A stretch of 63,897 nt of DNA, the filler included, from Reticulomyxa filosa (taxonomy: Eukaryota; Protista; Foraminifera): NCBI GenBank assembly GCA_000512085.1. It is 18 parts of 18 records of this genome, joined end to end, with 100 filler letters (N's around TTAATTAATTAA, not from the genome) between each part and the next. Parts side by side here need not be neighbours in the genome. Positions count along the whole stretch, not along the records: positions 8,446 to 17,882 come from ASPP01001984.1; positions 17,983 to 19,373 come from ASPP01024830.1; positions 19,474 to 21,790 come from ASPP01021775.1; positions 21,891 to 22,978 come from ASPP01025786.1; positions 23,079 to 25,225 come from ASPP01009154.1; positions 25,326 to 27,918 come from ASPP01020704.1; 12 more parts are not named here. One strand, 5' to 3'. Positions 12,658 through 26,206 of the stretch are shown here, in pieces. The notes below the pieces were generated by a model that worked only from the letters and a program-made list of their open reading frames with translations, was not told the DNA's origin and did no database searches. Numbering within the stretch: position 1 is the first letter of the stretch; each line of letters opens with the position of its first letter. Both the position numbers and the translations under genes were made by a program.

Positions 12658-13636
12658 TTATTCATTCAAATTGTTATAATAAGAAGGTTCGTCCAAGTAG
12701 CTATCTTCACGGACTCTAACTCCATTAAAAGTTTTCACCAAGCCAACTGCACAGACCATGCCGCAGAGTTGTAAAATAGCATGACAATGCTGACTGCCAA
12801 AAGGGTATCGCGAAGGCCATCAAAATAATTTTGCAGCGAATTGTAGCAATATTTGTCATAGCCTTTATCAGAAACACAATCTTGATCTGGGTAATCTTCA
12901 TTTAAGCCACAGCACTTGAATCGATCCTCCAGCCACGACTAATTTTGCATATTCACAAAAAAAAAAAAAAAAAAAACGATCAATGTGGTCCTTTTTTTTT
13001 GTATGTGTGTTGCTCCCCTCTTTTTGTGCGTAAGCAAAAAATTTTGTGACAAGTTTCAAAAACGAGCACACAAAACTTTATCATTGGCTGACAAGTCCTT
13101 CCATCCTTTAACAATCCATTGCTTGTTAATGTTCTGCGATGCGACGACTGAAATCAGTGCAATTTCAAAAAGGAAACACAGCGCGCTTGTGACCGTATAC
13201 TATTACGAATGAGTTTTTATGAGAAAAGGGGGAATAAGTGAATCCTGTGCAAAAGGGGCCACCAACCGCAACAACAACATACAAAAGATCAATGAAATAA
13301 AAACTGTTATCAAAAGGGCTCGCGAGAGTTGACAAGCACCCAACAATCCAAATGTCGAAACAATTATTATCACACCGAATGATAGAAACATTACAACTGG
13401 GATTACATTTTTGTCGTGGGCAAATACCCCCCATTCTGTTGTTAACATGTAACTTGCATAAGCCACCAAAAATAATCCAAACATCTATTTATTGTATTAT
13501 TATTTTTTTTTTTTTTCTTGTTCTTTTTGAGTGTTCAAGTTCAGAAACTTAAACATGAAAGAAACAAGTCCTAAACGAAAATCAACAGGTTCAACATGAA
13601 AAGGAACCAACGCATCACTTGCTGTCTCACGTTCAT
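12658..13636 (-). CDS. Tetraspanin, multi-exon, with one apparent 1-nt frameshift in a T run at ~12775
   Basis: MNVRQQVMRWFLFMLNLLIF|MFGLFLVAYA (TM1), GVIIIVSTFGLLGAC (TM2), TM3, then the EC2 loop WLEDRFKCCG..C..YC. TM4 (LQLCGMVCAVGL) is restored by adding one T. Confidence 0.82.
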
Positions 13637-14018
13637 TTTAACCTTTGATATACACATCTTAAGACTTGTCGGTACTTTTGTTACTTTTTAATACGGAGAT
13701 TCCGAAATGAAGGACCAATTTTTTGGAAGAAAACCAAAAAAGCCTGTCGTGTGTTTTGACGATAGCGAACAAAAAGGCATTCTTTCTTTCAGTTCTTTTT
13801 ACAATTTCAAACATTTTTCATATTCTTCTCAAGGAATCTAAGATTGCAAAGTCTTTTGGCATTACACCATAAGCGTTGACGGAACCTTCCAAAGCCAATT
13901 ATTTTCAAACACGGCCTCTGAAACAAAAACTTAGAAAGCTGTTGGACTGAACCAGAGTTATCAACCAAAAAAAAAAAAAAGAAAAAACCCTTTCTAAAAG
14001 AGATTAAAGCAAGCAAAT

Positions 14019-15033
14019 ATGAATCGATTTTTTGGCAAAAAAAAACCTGAGAAAGAAGAAGCTCCAAAACCAACATTGGATGATGTTTCTGGCCGTGTAA
14101 GTTATTTGCATAATTTCCTCTGAAGACTTGCGATGGTTGGTAAGTACAAGAGGATGTTTTGTACGACGAAAAACAGATGGACAAAAGAACGACCGAAATA
14201 GATACCAAAATAGCTCGTCTTGACAAACAAATTGTAGAAGTAAAAAAGAAGATGCAAAAAGCAAAAGGAGCAGCCAAGAATTCCTACAAAAAGAAAGCCC
14301 TGCAGCTTTTGAAACAGCGAAAACAGTTTGTATGGCAGGGAAAAGGAGGGAAGGGGCAAGTATTTAAAAAAAAAACTAGCGATTATTTATTATTGACAGT
14401 AAATTTTCCAAACTTGTGATTTGTTAAACAATTACAGGAAAAAAATAAAAAATAAAAAAAATAAAAACAAAAAGGTACGAAGTTCAAAGAGATCGTATAA
14501 TGGGACAACAGATGAATATCGACAGTGCTAAATTTGCCACTGAGTCATTGAAAGACAACGCAGAGATGGTGAGCGCAATGAAAGATACCGCAACTACCAT
14601 CAAACAACAGTACAAAGAAATAAACATAGACGATGTCGAAGACTTACAAGACGAAATGCGTGATCTCATGGAGGACGCTAATGAAATCAATGACGTTTTA
14701 GGAGAGGCTTGGGGAGTGGATGATTTGGACGAAAATGACCTTTTGGAAGGTTTGTTGTGGGCTGTTCATACATTTGTATATCTACATGTAATACATATTT
14801 ATGTGCACAGAAAAGTATACATACGTATAATCCAATAACTTCAAATTTTTTTTTGTATATTTCATTTAGAGCTTGAGGGATTGGATACAGAACTCGACGA
14901 TATAGATGCCGAGGAGGAAATTCCTGATTACATGGTAAGCGCGGCCAGTGCTGCAAACAAAGACAAACAGAAAGATAACGGCGAAGTGGATGAATATGGG
15001 TTGCCTAAAGTTCCAGAAAAAATGATGAACTAA
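14019..15033 (+). CDS. CHMP5: ESCRT-III Snf7-family protein CHMP5/Vps60, 4 exons
   Basis: MNRFFGKKKP..PKPTLDD, KKKALQLLKQRKQ|YEVQRD, INIDDVEDLQDEM and the C-terminal VDEYGLP are all CHMP5/Vps60 hallmarks. Confidence 0.93.
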
Positions 15034-15985
15034 CCAAAATCCCCATTTTTTTTTCCTAATATGCAACCAACTTTTTTTCTACTTTCATTGGTTTTGCTTG
15101 TTTCTGAATAAGTAGAATGTGGATCAAATGAACCCAGCTTTAAATAACATTTTATTGAACCAAATTTCTTATGATAATATTTTGAATCCGTTCTTTTATA
15201 CACAGTTTTCTTTAGACAGTGTTTAAAGTCATGCAAAAAGTTTTAATTCTGTAATCCAATATTGCAGTGTAACTTTGTTTTATCAATTATAGATCTTCCA
15301 AAATATATTTACTTGTTTCAAACTTTTTCTAAAACAGCGTATCACAACAATTGAAATTATAATATTCTACAAGCAATTAAATTTGCTGTATAGCACAAAA
15401 AATATTTTAAAAAAGTGGATCATTTTATTTCGATAAGTCAAAAAAACTATAGTAGAAATATGTAATATGTATTGAACGTAATTGTATGTGATGTGCGATT
15501 CAATTTGCGTGTAGCTTGCAAATTGATGAGCTAGCTTGACTGATGGCCATGCTTGTATAACACGTAGTATCTTATAATAATCAGATGACATATTTTTATT
15601 GTACCATTTGCGATTGTAATAAGCATAAATATACTAACTTAATGTATAGTTATTAGAGCTAGCTATTTGAGGTTGGCCGGTAACAAATCGTCAATGAGTC
15701 CTTTTTTTGTATTAAAAAGACTTTATTGTTATATTTTATATCATAAAAAAAGAACAATTTAAAATATTATTTGATAATATTCAAAGATTTTTACAATGTC
15801 ATGCTTCATTATTTCATTCGCTGTTCAGAAGATGCAGCGTGAAAAATATAAAATTTGTAAAAAAAATACAATTAAACAATAAATCTCCAGGTGGGACAAA
15901 ATATGTATTTTTATTTATGAAAATTAAGAATGTTGAAAAACAATGAGCAAACAAAGTTAGTGAGCAAAAAAAGTTATTGTCCCAT

Positions 15986-17701
15986 TTATGAAACGCAATA
16001 CAAATTTTTTTTCCAGTTTCGAATTTGTTGAAAACTCTGCATAAGGATGTCATTGCCGTGTTGAAGTTGATGAGTAAGAATAGCATTAGACAAAGGAACA
16101 AATACATTATCAATGGCATAATCCAAGACAAACTTGACATCATTTTTATCAACCATGCCATTTTGTTTCAATAAGACAGGATCTACACCATTTCTTCCAA
16201 ACAACAGTTGTGCATTTTGAAGATAAATTTCGGCAGACATGGTTGCTCGACTGCGAATAGTGGACATCCAATGTTGGGTGTCATTTTGGAGATTAAAGGT
16301 TTGAGTAATCCATTGCAAAATGTTCCATGCCAATTGGGCATGTGCGACTTCGTCTTTTCCAATGGCAAGTATATCTTCCAACAAGGCCGAGTCAACAGAC
16401 TCGCTGTTGGCAATATTGTTACATTGTTTGGCAATTATCAAGCAGCCCAAAGTCTCTTGGACGCATCCATGAATAAAAGTCTCATGAGCAATGTCTCGAA
16501 TGCGATCAGGATTAGCATCCATGTCAAGAACGTGTCTGGGAAAGGCTCCAATGGTAAGAGTGTCATTGGTCAAGCCACGATATTTAGAGCCATATTTCAA
16601 AGAGATCTGAGTGTGTCTCCATTCGTCCAAGGCCGCCTTTTGGACGGCTTCCAACAAGTCCATTGGCGAGCCCAACACCATTAATTGCAAACTTACCTTG
16701 TTAAACGCCGCAATTGATGCATGCTCTGACAGCGCCGCACTCAGCCATTGTCCGGACAATACACCGTCTGTAATCGCTATATTGCTTGTCGTGTGATCCT
16801 CTATCGGTATCGACAGCGATGCTTGCAGATGTTTTTCACTGCTTTTAGTCGCAAACGGCCTTCCGTCGGATATATATTGCAATGCCCACAATTCTATCGT
16901 CGAGTTTTCAAACTTAGGTTTATCACTGTTACTAATTATTTGTTTTGTATAGGTCGATTATATACATATGTATAGGTACATATAAATGTATACGTATACG
17001 TGCACATAAATTTTTTTCTTAGCAAGCTGAAAAAAAAAAAAAAAAAACTCTAATAAACTTGGCACATTCGTTCAATTTGTTCATTTCATTTGCAGTATAG
17101 TAATATAAGGTACAATAGCCTAATGACGTGCGATCAACAAAGACGAGACCGGCAAGATACGATGAATATTCATTAAGACAGCCATTTTGAGAGGTTGTCA
17201 CATTATTCGGCAGTGTTGACCAAGGATCTCGCAGCACGCAATAATCGGAAAATAAGTTATCCAAACCAATGTCGTTGTAATACTGCGAGTAGTTTACCCA
17301 AACTTCAATTTTGTAGACATGTGTCACATAAATATATATGTATGTGTATGTATACATTTGCATATGCATGCCCTTTTTTTTTTGACAAAGAAACATTTTT
17401 TAGAAAATTTGGAAAAGTTAATCAATTATTTCAACCAACCAGAGCCACTGCTGTAACCATACGCGTGTCCAAAGGTATAATTTTTATCATTTTTGATGAT
17501 GGCAATTACAATCACAAACGGTAAAATAAACGCAAGCAAAACCAAGCATATTTTGATTTGTTTTTTTATTGTCATCTTCTTGTGCGCTGATCCTTCTGTA
17601 TTCGAGGTGAGTCCATCGTTAGGTGTTGATACGCTTTCTCTTTGACCCGAAGGAAGCACAAAAGCTGGTTCCTTGTCAGTATTAGGTATATTTTCTTGCA
17701 T
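15986..17701 (-). CDS. Type II membrane-anchored ferritin-like (di-iron carboxylate) domain protein, 3 exons
   Basis: N-terminal TM (ICLVLLAFILPFVIVIAII) and a Cys-containing middle exon. The final exon carries GRPF, W..AALSEHASIAAF, AALDEWRH, GCVQETLG and IGKDEVAHAQLAW, i.e. two E...DExxH half-sites. Confidence 0.75.
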
Positions 17702-18757
17702 CACAATGTCTTCAAGCCAGAGCGGATAAGTCCCTTTTTTACTTTCAGTGGAACACGACCCCAAAATGTACACCTTTTTCGGTAATACTTGGACTAATAT
17801 TCTCACGTCCACAAGTTTCAAAAAACTCGACGTCGCAGCATGCACAAAAAAATTATCCGATAATTATTGTCACTTTTTTTTTNNNNNNNNNNNNNNNNNN
17901 NNNNNNNNNNNNNNNNNNNNNNNNNNTTAATTAATTAANNNNNNNNNNNNNNNNNNNNNNNNNNNNNNNNNNNNNNNNNNNNAAAAAAAAAAAAAGCAAA
18001 GTGTTAATGACTCCATTTTACATTAACACTTCGTCGTGTATATTTTGCAAACTTTTTATACTTAGTATTGTTTAGATGGAAGCAATTCTTGTATTTGTAT
18101 ACCTTTTGGTGGCATCAAACAGTATACAATCATCGACAAGCAAGTGCATGACAACTAAAACTTTGAGGACAACTTAAAAATAAAAAGAAGAAGAAGAATT
18201 TTGAAAGCTATGTTGGTCTTGCAAAAGCAACTACAAAATTTAAAATATTGGTCGTTATCACTACAAACAAAACATAACAAGGAAGATGTGGATATATTTT
18301 TTGACAGTATGTTATGTATTCCACAAAGAGCAAAAAGGTTTAGAGAAGCAATATTGAACATACATCAATTGGACTTTGTAAAAGCTCAGATTTGTGTCTA
18401 CTAATTGTGGACTACGACGAAGATCATAGAAAAAATTGACATATGATATATAATGTAAAGTTATTGTCAACATTATATTCAAAATTATTTTCGCTCCAAA
18501 GTTTTCACATTGTCATTTTTTATGTACTATTTGTACTGTTGGAAGAACGACATTCAGTATCAAAAACTCCCTTACATAACTGATCAAAGGTCTTTGAAGA
18601 TGATTCATAAAACTAGTATTGATTTGGGTGGGGGGAGACATTTGAGCTATTCAAAAATGCATATTTAATTGGATTCTCTCATTTCAATAAATATAATAAA
18701 TCATATTTTACCAAGCAAAAGCAAATGACTGCGTTTAAAAAACAATTTTTATCATTG

Positions 18758-19141
18758 ATGCATGAGTCATAACTAACTCCAGAGTTGTAATAATTCAACT
18801 CATAAATAAAACATTCCTTTTTATCCTCAATTTTCTTGTACGTTTTTGTTAGCTGAGCTCTCTTTCTTGCATCTCTCTACATTTGGCATCCACTGTTTAG
18901 GCGATCGAGTTGCGAAGATGAATTCACACTCATTACAAAACTCTGTTTCATGTTCCGAAGAGAAAAGGTCAAAGAATCAGTAGGGATGCAAGAGACAAAT
19001 TAATAAAATTTGCAAAAATGAAGCATAAAAGTGAGTCTATGTCAAATAACCACAAAAGCCAGCATCAAGATAAAAAAAAAGGAATGTTTTATTTTATGAG
19101 TTGAGTTATTACAACTCTGGAGTCAGTTATATCTCATGCAT
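18758..19141. repeat. Foldback/MITE-like element with ~65-bp imperfect terminal inverted repeats
   Basis: ATGCATGAGTCATAACTAACTCCAGAGTTGTAATAATTCAACTCATAAATAAAACATTCCTTTT (from 18758) is the near reverse complement of 19077-19141. There is a nested inner pair TTCTTGCATCTCTCTAC / GTAGGGATGCAAGA and no ORF. Confidence 0.7.
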
Positions 19142-20139
19142 ATATCACTACATGTTCGTTACGACAATAATGTATAATTCCACTCGATATGTTGAAGTAA
19201 TTCTTCTAAAAAATCCCTGATACAGCAGAAATTTTAAGTACGAAACAATTGCTCATGTTAATATACACAAACTAATTGTACGTTAAAAAGTTTCAAATAT
19301 ATTTAAAAGAAAGATTGTTAACATTTGTTGTCAATAAAAATTTAAATTTTAGTATTTGTGATTCATTGCATATNNNNNNNNNNNNNNNNNNNNNNNNNNN
19401 NNNNNNNNNNNNNNNNNTTAATTAATTAANNNNNNNNNNNNNNNNNNNNNNNNNNNNNNNNNNNNNNNNNNNNCACTACAATTAACCTTTTCATAGAAAA
19501 AATAATTAACACAAAAATAATTATCTTAAAATAGACAAAACAGTACAACGGCGGGGCATTGTGCGAGGTCGATACGTTGATAAAAATGCATGGATATGGC
19601 ACGCAAGAGTCGATATCAAAAAAGAATTTGGTGTGCTGGTTGTTGGTATACAATCGAAAACGACATCGTCTTTCGCAATATAACAATGGTGTCGGCGAAT
19701 CAAATGTCTAGTGAGTAGCAAAAAAGAAACTTATTTTATACTTATTATTTAAAAAAATAATCTTGGTATCTAAATATACAATAGAATCAAGCTGGTTTGA
19801 ACAAATGGAATATGCTCCGCTTGTTGAAGATATGGCACAAAGCGTTGAGCAATTGGTGGAGGACGCGACTGACAAATTGGCAAGGGAACGCGTCAGAACA
19901 AATTCTTCGTGATGTGGGTGACTCGTAACCCAGACGCAATGAAAATGTTGGTAGTGCAATTTTCCAAATAAATATTTGATAAATGCACGAGATCTCCATC
20001 TCATCTGGCAATTGGAATACGGGGCTACACTAAATGTCTCCACAATAATATCTCATAGTGTTGAGACTCCCCAATATCGCGCAGTGCCAATCCGCCAACC
20101 CAAATGCCGTCAACTACTTCAACAACTTACATTTCTTCC

Positions 20140-21115
20140 AAGTATAGATTGTTCTTTTTTTGTGTGTGATATACGTGATCAATTTTTAGAAGAAGTATAT
20201 ATTTAAACAAATATGTGTGCATACTATGTTTTTGTTGGTTTTTTTAAAAAAAAGATAAATAAAAAAATATGACATAATTATGTGTATGTAGGTCATACTG
20301 TGATGGAAAAAAAAAGATACCACGGGGTAGAATGCCACCCCCGTCTCCTAAAGGAGCAAACAAGGTTTGATTGTTTTTTTCTTTTTTTAAAACGTAATAA
20401 TCTGTTGTGTGTTTGTAATAGGAATTCCCCCGCCCACCAAATAAAGTTCCATTCATTTCCACCCATTCCACACAAAAAAAAAATCAAAAAACTGGGGTTG
20501 AAATCTATCCAGTGTGCAAAAGAAAAAGCAAAGGTTTGTATGTTTTCATTTATACGTGTAATCCTTTTGATATTCAATGTGATTGTGTGTGCTTGACAAA
20601 ATAGGAATTCCCCCCACAAAGAAAAAAGAACATATATGTACATATATATATATATATATTTTATACTTTATTCAAAAAAAAAAGATTGTCAGTGTGTTCT
20701 CAAAGGAAAAAAGATAAACTGGGTATTCATGTGCAGCAAAGGTCCGGCAAAGTATGTAATTTTTTCTACAATGGGGGGAGGTGAAGATGTTTTTAATAAG
20801 GGAGTGGGAAAAATGGATAATAAGAAAAAAAAAGTATATAAAAAAGAAAAAAAAAGTATACAGAAAGATAAAAAAAAAGATAAAAGAAAAGAAAAAAGGA
20901 AAAAGAATTAAAAAGAAAAAAGATAAAAGATAAAAAGATAATTTGAATAAAAAAAGAAGAATAAGTGAAAATAAAAAAGAATAAGAATAAAAAGAAAAAA
21001 AAGAACAAGAATTAAAATTTTGATTTTTTAAATTTATGTTTATGTGGGAGCTATGACTCCAAAACGATTGTTATCACGTGCTGATAACAAATGTTAGTTA
21101 AGTAATTTTTTTTTA
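20140..21115 (+). repeat. Diverged copy of the repeat family forming the inverted arms at 48.0-50.5 kb and 52.8-55.3 kb
   Basis: Shares these blocks, in the same order, with 53.8-55.0 kb: ATATTTAAACAAATAT, GGGGTAGAA.GCCACC..GTCTCC.AAAGGAGCAAA, AGGAATTCCC, a long A/G tract, GGAGCTATGACTCCAAAA and AGTTAAGTAA. Confidence 0.8.
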
Positions 21116-21890
21116 TTTATGTGCTTGCTTGAAAAAAAATTATATCTAAGTTTACAGTCAAAGTTGTTGCATGTTATCATAGAAATGTTGGTCGTTGTTT
21201 TTTTGTGGAGTGCGAGTTCATTGTAGTCGTGATGGGGATTGTGCTGTCCAAGTCTTTTGCAAAATTGCTGGCTTGATGATTGATATAATCAAAAGTAAGC
21301 TTCAAGTCAATGATAGAATGATCCAAGCAGAGGCTATAGATTGGGTGCGTATGTTCGACATATGCTAATTGACAGAATTTATCCACAATTGAAGATTATA
21401 TCATCCAAAGTATATACGTTCAAGTAGAATGCGTTATGGACATAATATAATGATCATAACACAGCCGATAGTGTTACAATTTTTTACCAGTATACGTCCA
21501 ATCCAACTGATGTTCCATGGGCTTCCACTTTTTCGCAGGCACCAATACGCGTATTGCGATCCAACCTCAAGTCATTCGTTTTTTTGTTAGAACATGATGA
21601 CACAATTTGTATGGATGTACCTGCGGTTTCATACCACGCTATGAAAAATCCTACTAACAATATCCTCTCCGACAAACTCTCTAGCTCCACATTCAGCACA
21701 CAAGAATTTCCTAAAACCAATTACGACACCACAAAGCCAGCATGGTTACTAGTAACAACAGCACCGCACCTTCCAGTTCCATTGGTCCAANNNNNNNNNN
21801 NNNNNNNNNNNNNNNNNNNNNNNNNNNNNNNNNNTTAATTAATTAANNNNNNNNNNNNNNNNNNNNNNNNNNNNNNNNNNNNNNNNNNNN

Positions 21891-22440
21891 AGAACTATTG
21901 TTTGAGAGATTGGCAAGAGCATTAAGATCGTGTCGACGATATAACATTACTTCGCCATTGGCGAAAAAAGTGCAAAAATTACTTGCACAGTATGTTGAGT
22001 CGCGAATTGATCCTGAAACCAAAAGACTGTTGGAAGAAGCCATTAGCGAAAAAGATATCAACAAATTGAAAGCAGTTTGTGAAATCATAGAAAGAAACGG
22101 ACAAATGTATGTTGGTGTTGAAAATGATAGATCGCATACACGCAATTATACGAGAATCTGAAAAAAACCATTGCGATATTGGAGCCAAACCACACGGAAG
22201 TACGTTTGCTTGCTGCCCAAGAGTTAGAATACAACAATCAATACATTGAGTATTTCCAGTCCATGTTTCAGACTTTGGCCAAAGATACCGATAAATTTGT
22301 TCAAGAACAAGATGGACAATTTTAAAATGCATGGATTGTTCATTCGCAGTCCCGTCGACGTATTCAAAGCCATTTTCACTGACCATTTCATATGTCATCA
22401 ACATGTCGGATGCACCAACTCAAAGTTTGCTACGTAGGAA
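21891..22440 (+). pseudogene. Fragment of a helical protein with broken reading frame; unidentified
   Basis: Coding-like text (RLLEEAISEKDINKLKAVCEII..., LLAAQELEYNNQYIEYFQ) switches frames with no clear introns. Confidence 0.35.
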
Positions 22441-23078
22441 AATTTTTCCCAATCAAAAAAAAGTTATATTTACATAAATTGTTGAAAAATGATGTTGCAT
22501 CCATCTTGTATCCTAATTACTTATGTCCTCATTGATAATGTGAACATTCGACAATCTGCTAAAAATTTCACAATAACTCAATTTCTTTTATCTTTTTCAA
22601 ATTTTTATCTATCTGCTTCTTCCATGAAAATGCATTGTTTTTTTGTTTCAGTCTCTTTTTCTATCAATCTGTTTACATTTGTTTTCGTTATATATCACTG
22701 TTATATCATTCTAAAATATGTGTATATGAATTATGTTCACTCAATACTGCATCACAACAACTCAATGCAATCGATAAATTGTGTCACAATAATACATACT
22801 TTTGTTGAAACATTTTGATTTGAAGCACCATAGTTAATACGAATGTAAGCATACTAATTGAATTGTACAATTTTGAAAGAATATAATATTTATGTTATTT
22901 TTAAAAACTTTGTAATTGTTTTTTCTTTTTGATCATGCATGTATATTCCAATACGTCAAGTGTGTTTGGGTGACATCANNNNNNNNNNNNNNNNNNNNNN
23001 NNNNNNNNNNNNNNNNNNNNNNTTAATTAATTAANNNNNNNNNNNNNNNNNNNNNNNNNNNNNNNNNNNNNNNNNNNN

Positions 23079-23257
23079 CTCCTCCTCCTCCTCCTCCTCT
23101 TCTTCTTTTTCTACCCATTGCAAAAAGAGAGAGAGACAAAAAAATACACACCTCTGTTTTACTGTCATTGATATCGGCACCATCTTCTTTGTCATCGGCC
23201 TGTTGTTGTTCGTACATTGCAAATCTTTACAGTATTCATAACATACACATATATGTG

Positions 23258-23291
<34 letters not shown>

Positions 23292-24252
23292 GTAACGTAC
23301 ATCAACGCACATCACCAAGCGCGATGACGATAGTCTACTTGCTCGCGCTTGTTCCAAAGCGTTTTGCAACAAAATCAAACTACTACTTCGCCGCTCTCTC
23401 GCAGCGCTTTGGCTCAGGTTTTCTTCCAGCGACGGCTCTTTGGCAAAAAAGCGAGCCAAATGCGTCCAGCCATTGCGATACAAGCACTTCATAGCTTGAT
23501 CAGAGAGTATTGTGGACACACTGGAAGATGTATTGTTTTCTGTTATAATACATGGTTATTGTTATTACTTGTTTCTGTTTGTTCTCTCGATCACAATGAA
23601 AAATCACAAGTTACACCTTTTTTTTTTTTTTTTTTTTGAGAAAAAAAATTAACTTTTAAAAATCTTAAAGAAACCACTGAACCACTTTTGATCATTGGAA
23701 TCATTGTCATTGGAACGAACTCCAAATTTTCTTTGCAGATAATCAATAGTGAACAGTCTCCATAAATTAGAAGTGACTGTGTTGTTGAGTTGCAAAGCTC
23801 GTGGCAGTTTGTCTTTGACTTTTTGCTTGGTATAACTTCGGAATTTGGTTTCCAACATGCTGATGCTATAACTAAGGGCATCGCACAGCACCAATGGCAA
23901 CAATTGATCTCGCAACTCTTTGGTTGTTCGACGTTCGCTATCCCATTCAAGAGTTTGGGTGTCATCCGGACTTTCGTTCAAATGGTACATGGTATCATTC
24001 ATTTGCTTGAAAAATTCCGTCACCACTTTTTTGTGTTGGAGTGTGACATGGGTTTCGAGGAAGTGTTTCCACTCCTCATTTCCAATGCCACTGTCGTTCA
24101 GTCTTTCTTTTCAATGCCATTGTTGCTGCTGTTGTATGCGTTATTCTTGTTTGCTGTTTCGAATGGCAGATTTCCTGACGTTGAGATTGAGCTGTTTTCT
24201 TTAATGCTTGTTTCGTTTTCCGCTGTTTTACCTTTGTTGTATGCGTGGTGTG

Positions 24253-24286
<34 letters not shown>

Positions 24287-25225
24287 AAAAAAAAAATAAA
24301 ACAAAAAAAAAAAAAAAAAATTTGCAAAACTTGGTTCGGTTTTCTTGATTCCATTAAGGAACGTCAGCAAACTCGATCGACGTTTTGCTGGCAACGGAGT
24401 TGGGAAAGACGTTGGGTCTTTGGATGTGATATAAGCAGGAATGGAATCGAAAAAGGTATCACTTCCGTTGATTATTCGTGACTCTCCGGAATGTTTTAAT
24501 GTCATTCCTGCTATTCTCGTCTGGCGAGATACCGAATGGAGTGGAACCAAAGTGTTGGATATTGTCTAGTGAAATGGACAAGAGTATACAACATACATGC
24601 AATACTTGCTCAACATTAAGACCAGTTGCAACAAAATGAAACAATGTCTTTGTGTGATATTTGTTGTTTTGTTTTTTTTTTATGAATAAAAAAAAAACAA
24701 CCTTGCAATAGGGACAGACGAATTCATGATGGGTTTGTCTGACAGTGGAATTTCCATAAGTTTCTTCTCCACGGTTGATTTTTCTTGAATTCGATTGCTG
24801 TACGTTTCATAGCATGTGAAGTGGACTGCATGGCCACAGAAAATCCAATGGCCTCCATTGCGATAAGGAAGACATGAGACTTGGCCGCTTGATTGTTCAT
24901 TCTTTGCGAATATCTCATGTGTGTTGTCTACACAACGGTACAATGTGGTGGATCGCTATATTCCCATTATTCATTTATTTATTTTTATTTAATTTATTGT
25001 TTAAAAAAAAAAAAAAACAAAAACAAAAAAGAAACTGTAATGAATGCAACTAATCCCATTTCATCTTCTTTTTCTCTACTCCGACAAACAACACATTGAT
25101 ATCTAAGACCAACTCCCGAGGATTCCAACAATTCTTTTTCTTCAATTTCTTCTCGCATGGCGTCTTCTTTGATGATGCTCTTGTTTTTGTCCTCAAACAA
25201 CAGTTTTTGATTGTTCATCAGTTTC
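23079..25225 (-). CDS. UBR1/2/3-type (N-degron) E3 ubiquitin ligase, internal fragment with RING domain
   Basis: CVVC ... CGHAVHFTCYETY ... EFVCPYCK forms the long-spaced UBR RING, with an apparent frameshift near 24730. Downstream LCDALSYSISMLETKFR resembles the UBR post-RING helix. Confidence 0.65.
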
Positions 25226-25325
25226 NNNNNNNNNNNNNNNNNNNNNNNNNNNNNNNNNNNNNNNNNNNNTTAATTAATTAANNNNNNNNNNNNNNNNNNN
25301 NNNNNNNNNNNNNNNNNNNNNNNNN

Positions 25326-25783
25326 TTTTTTTTTTTTTTTTTTGCAAGAAGGGAAGAAGTTTTGAATTGAATTGTTCAAACATCTTGTTTTGAAAACGTA
25401 TACAATAGAGTTTTTTTTTTATTAAAAATCGCAAATTGGAAAAAGGAGGAACATAGAAAGTTTTTGTGTTTGCATACACAAAACATACCATCCAATTCAA
25501 TTTGATCTTTGAGCTGCTGGACTTTTTTGTGGATGGCTTCGTCGATTTCATTTTTGCTCAAACCGATTATCGATTGGCTTCGAGTTAGAGGTTCGTCTAT
25601 ATCACCCCCGTCATTGTGGTTTATCACTGTGTCAGTGGGTACGACGTCAGCGCCTCTCCAATCTTCTTCGGCATTTTCATCTCCCCAGTCCCCAGTCTCA
25701 TTTGTTTCAATTGCTCCATCGTCACCTCCCCAGTCGTCTTCATTTTGTGTTTCCGTCATATCCACATCTTTGTCGTCGGCCAT
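25326..25783 (-). CDS. Acidic N-terminus of a possible Ariadne-type RBR E3 ligase (truncated)
   Basis: Asp/Glu-rich start followed by LSKNEIDEAIHKKVQQLKDQIEL, which resembles the Ariadne pre-UBA-like helix. The RING domains are not in this contig. Confidence 0.35.
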
Positions 25784-26206
25784 CACTCACGTTAGCTTGA
25801 CAAGCAAAATTACCGTAACAATCAAACTACTCTTCCGAATGATGATGAAAGGCACTATCCAGCAGAACTGAGATTTTTTTGATCAATAGTCAGGGCAAAA
25901 CCAATGCAGCCAGAAACCATTCGTTTTTTGGAAGATTGTCATAATCATCGTAGGGAGAGTTACTTTCATTAATTTTTTTTTTGCGTTTTTGATATTGTTC
26001 ATGCAAATAGTACAACTTGTACTTGAGCAAGTCTGATTTAAAAATCTGGATGACAATAAATGTAAAACAAATTGTTGAGACATACGCTTGCTTTTTTGAA
26101 AGCCCTTCCAAAACACTGTAAGAGGTAGAATTTTATGGAATTCTGTACGTTTTCCAACTTTCAGTTTCCCCTTTTACCAGTAAAATTCCCGTCATAAACA
26201 AAGGAG

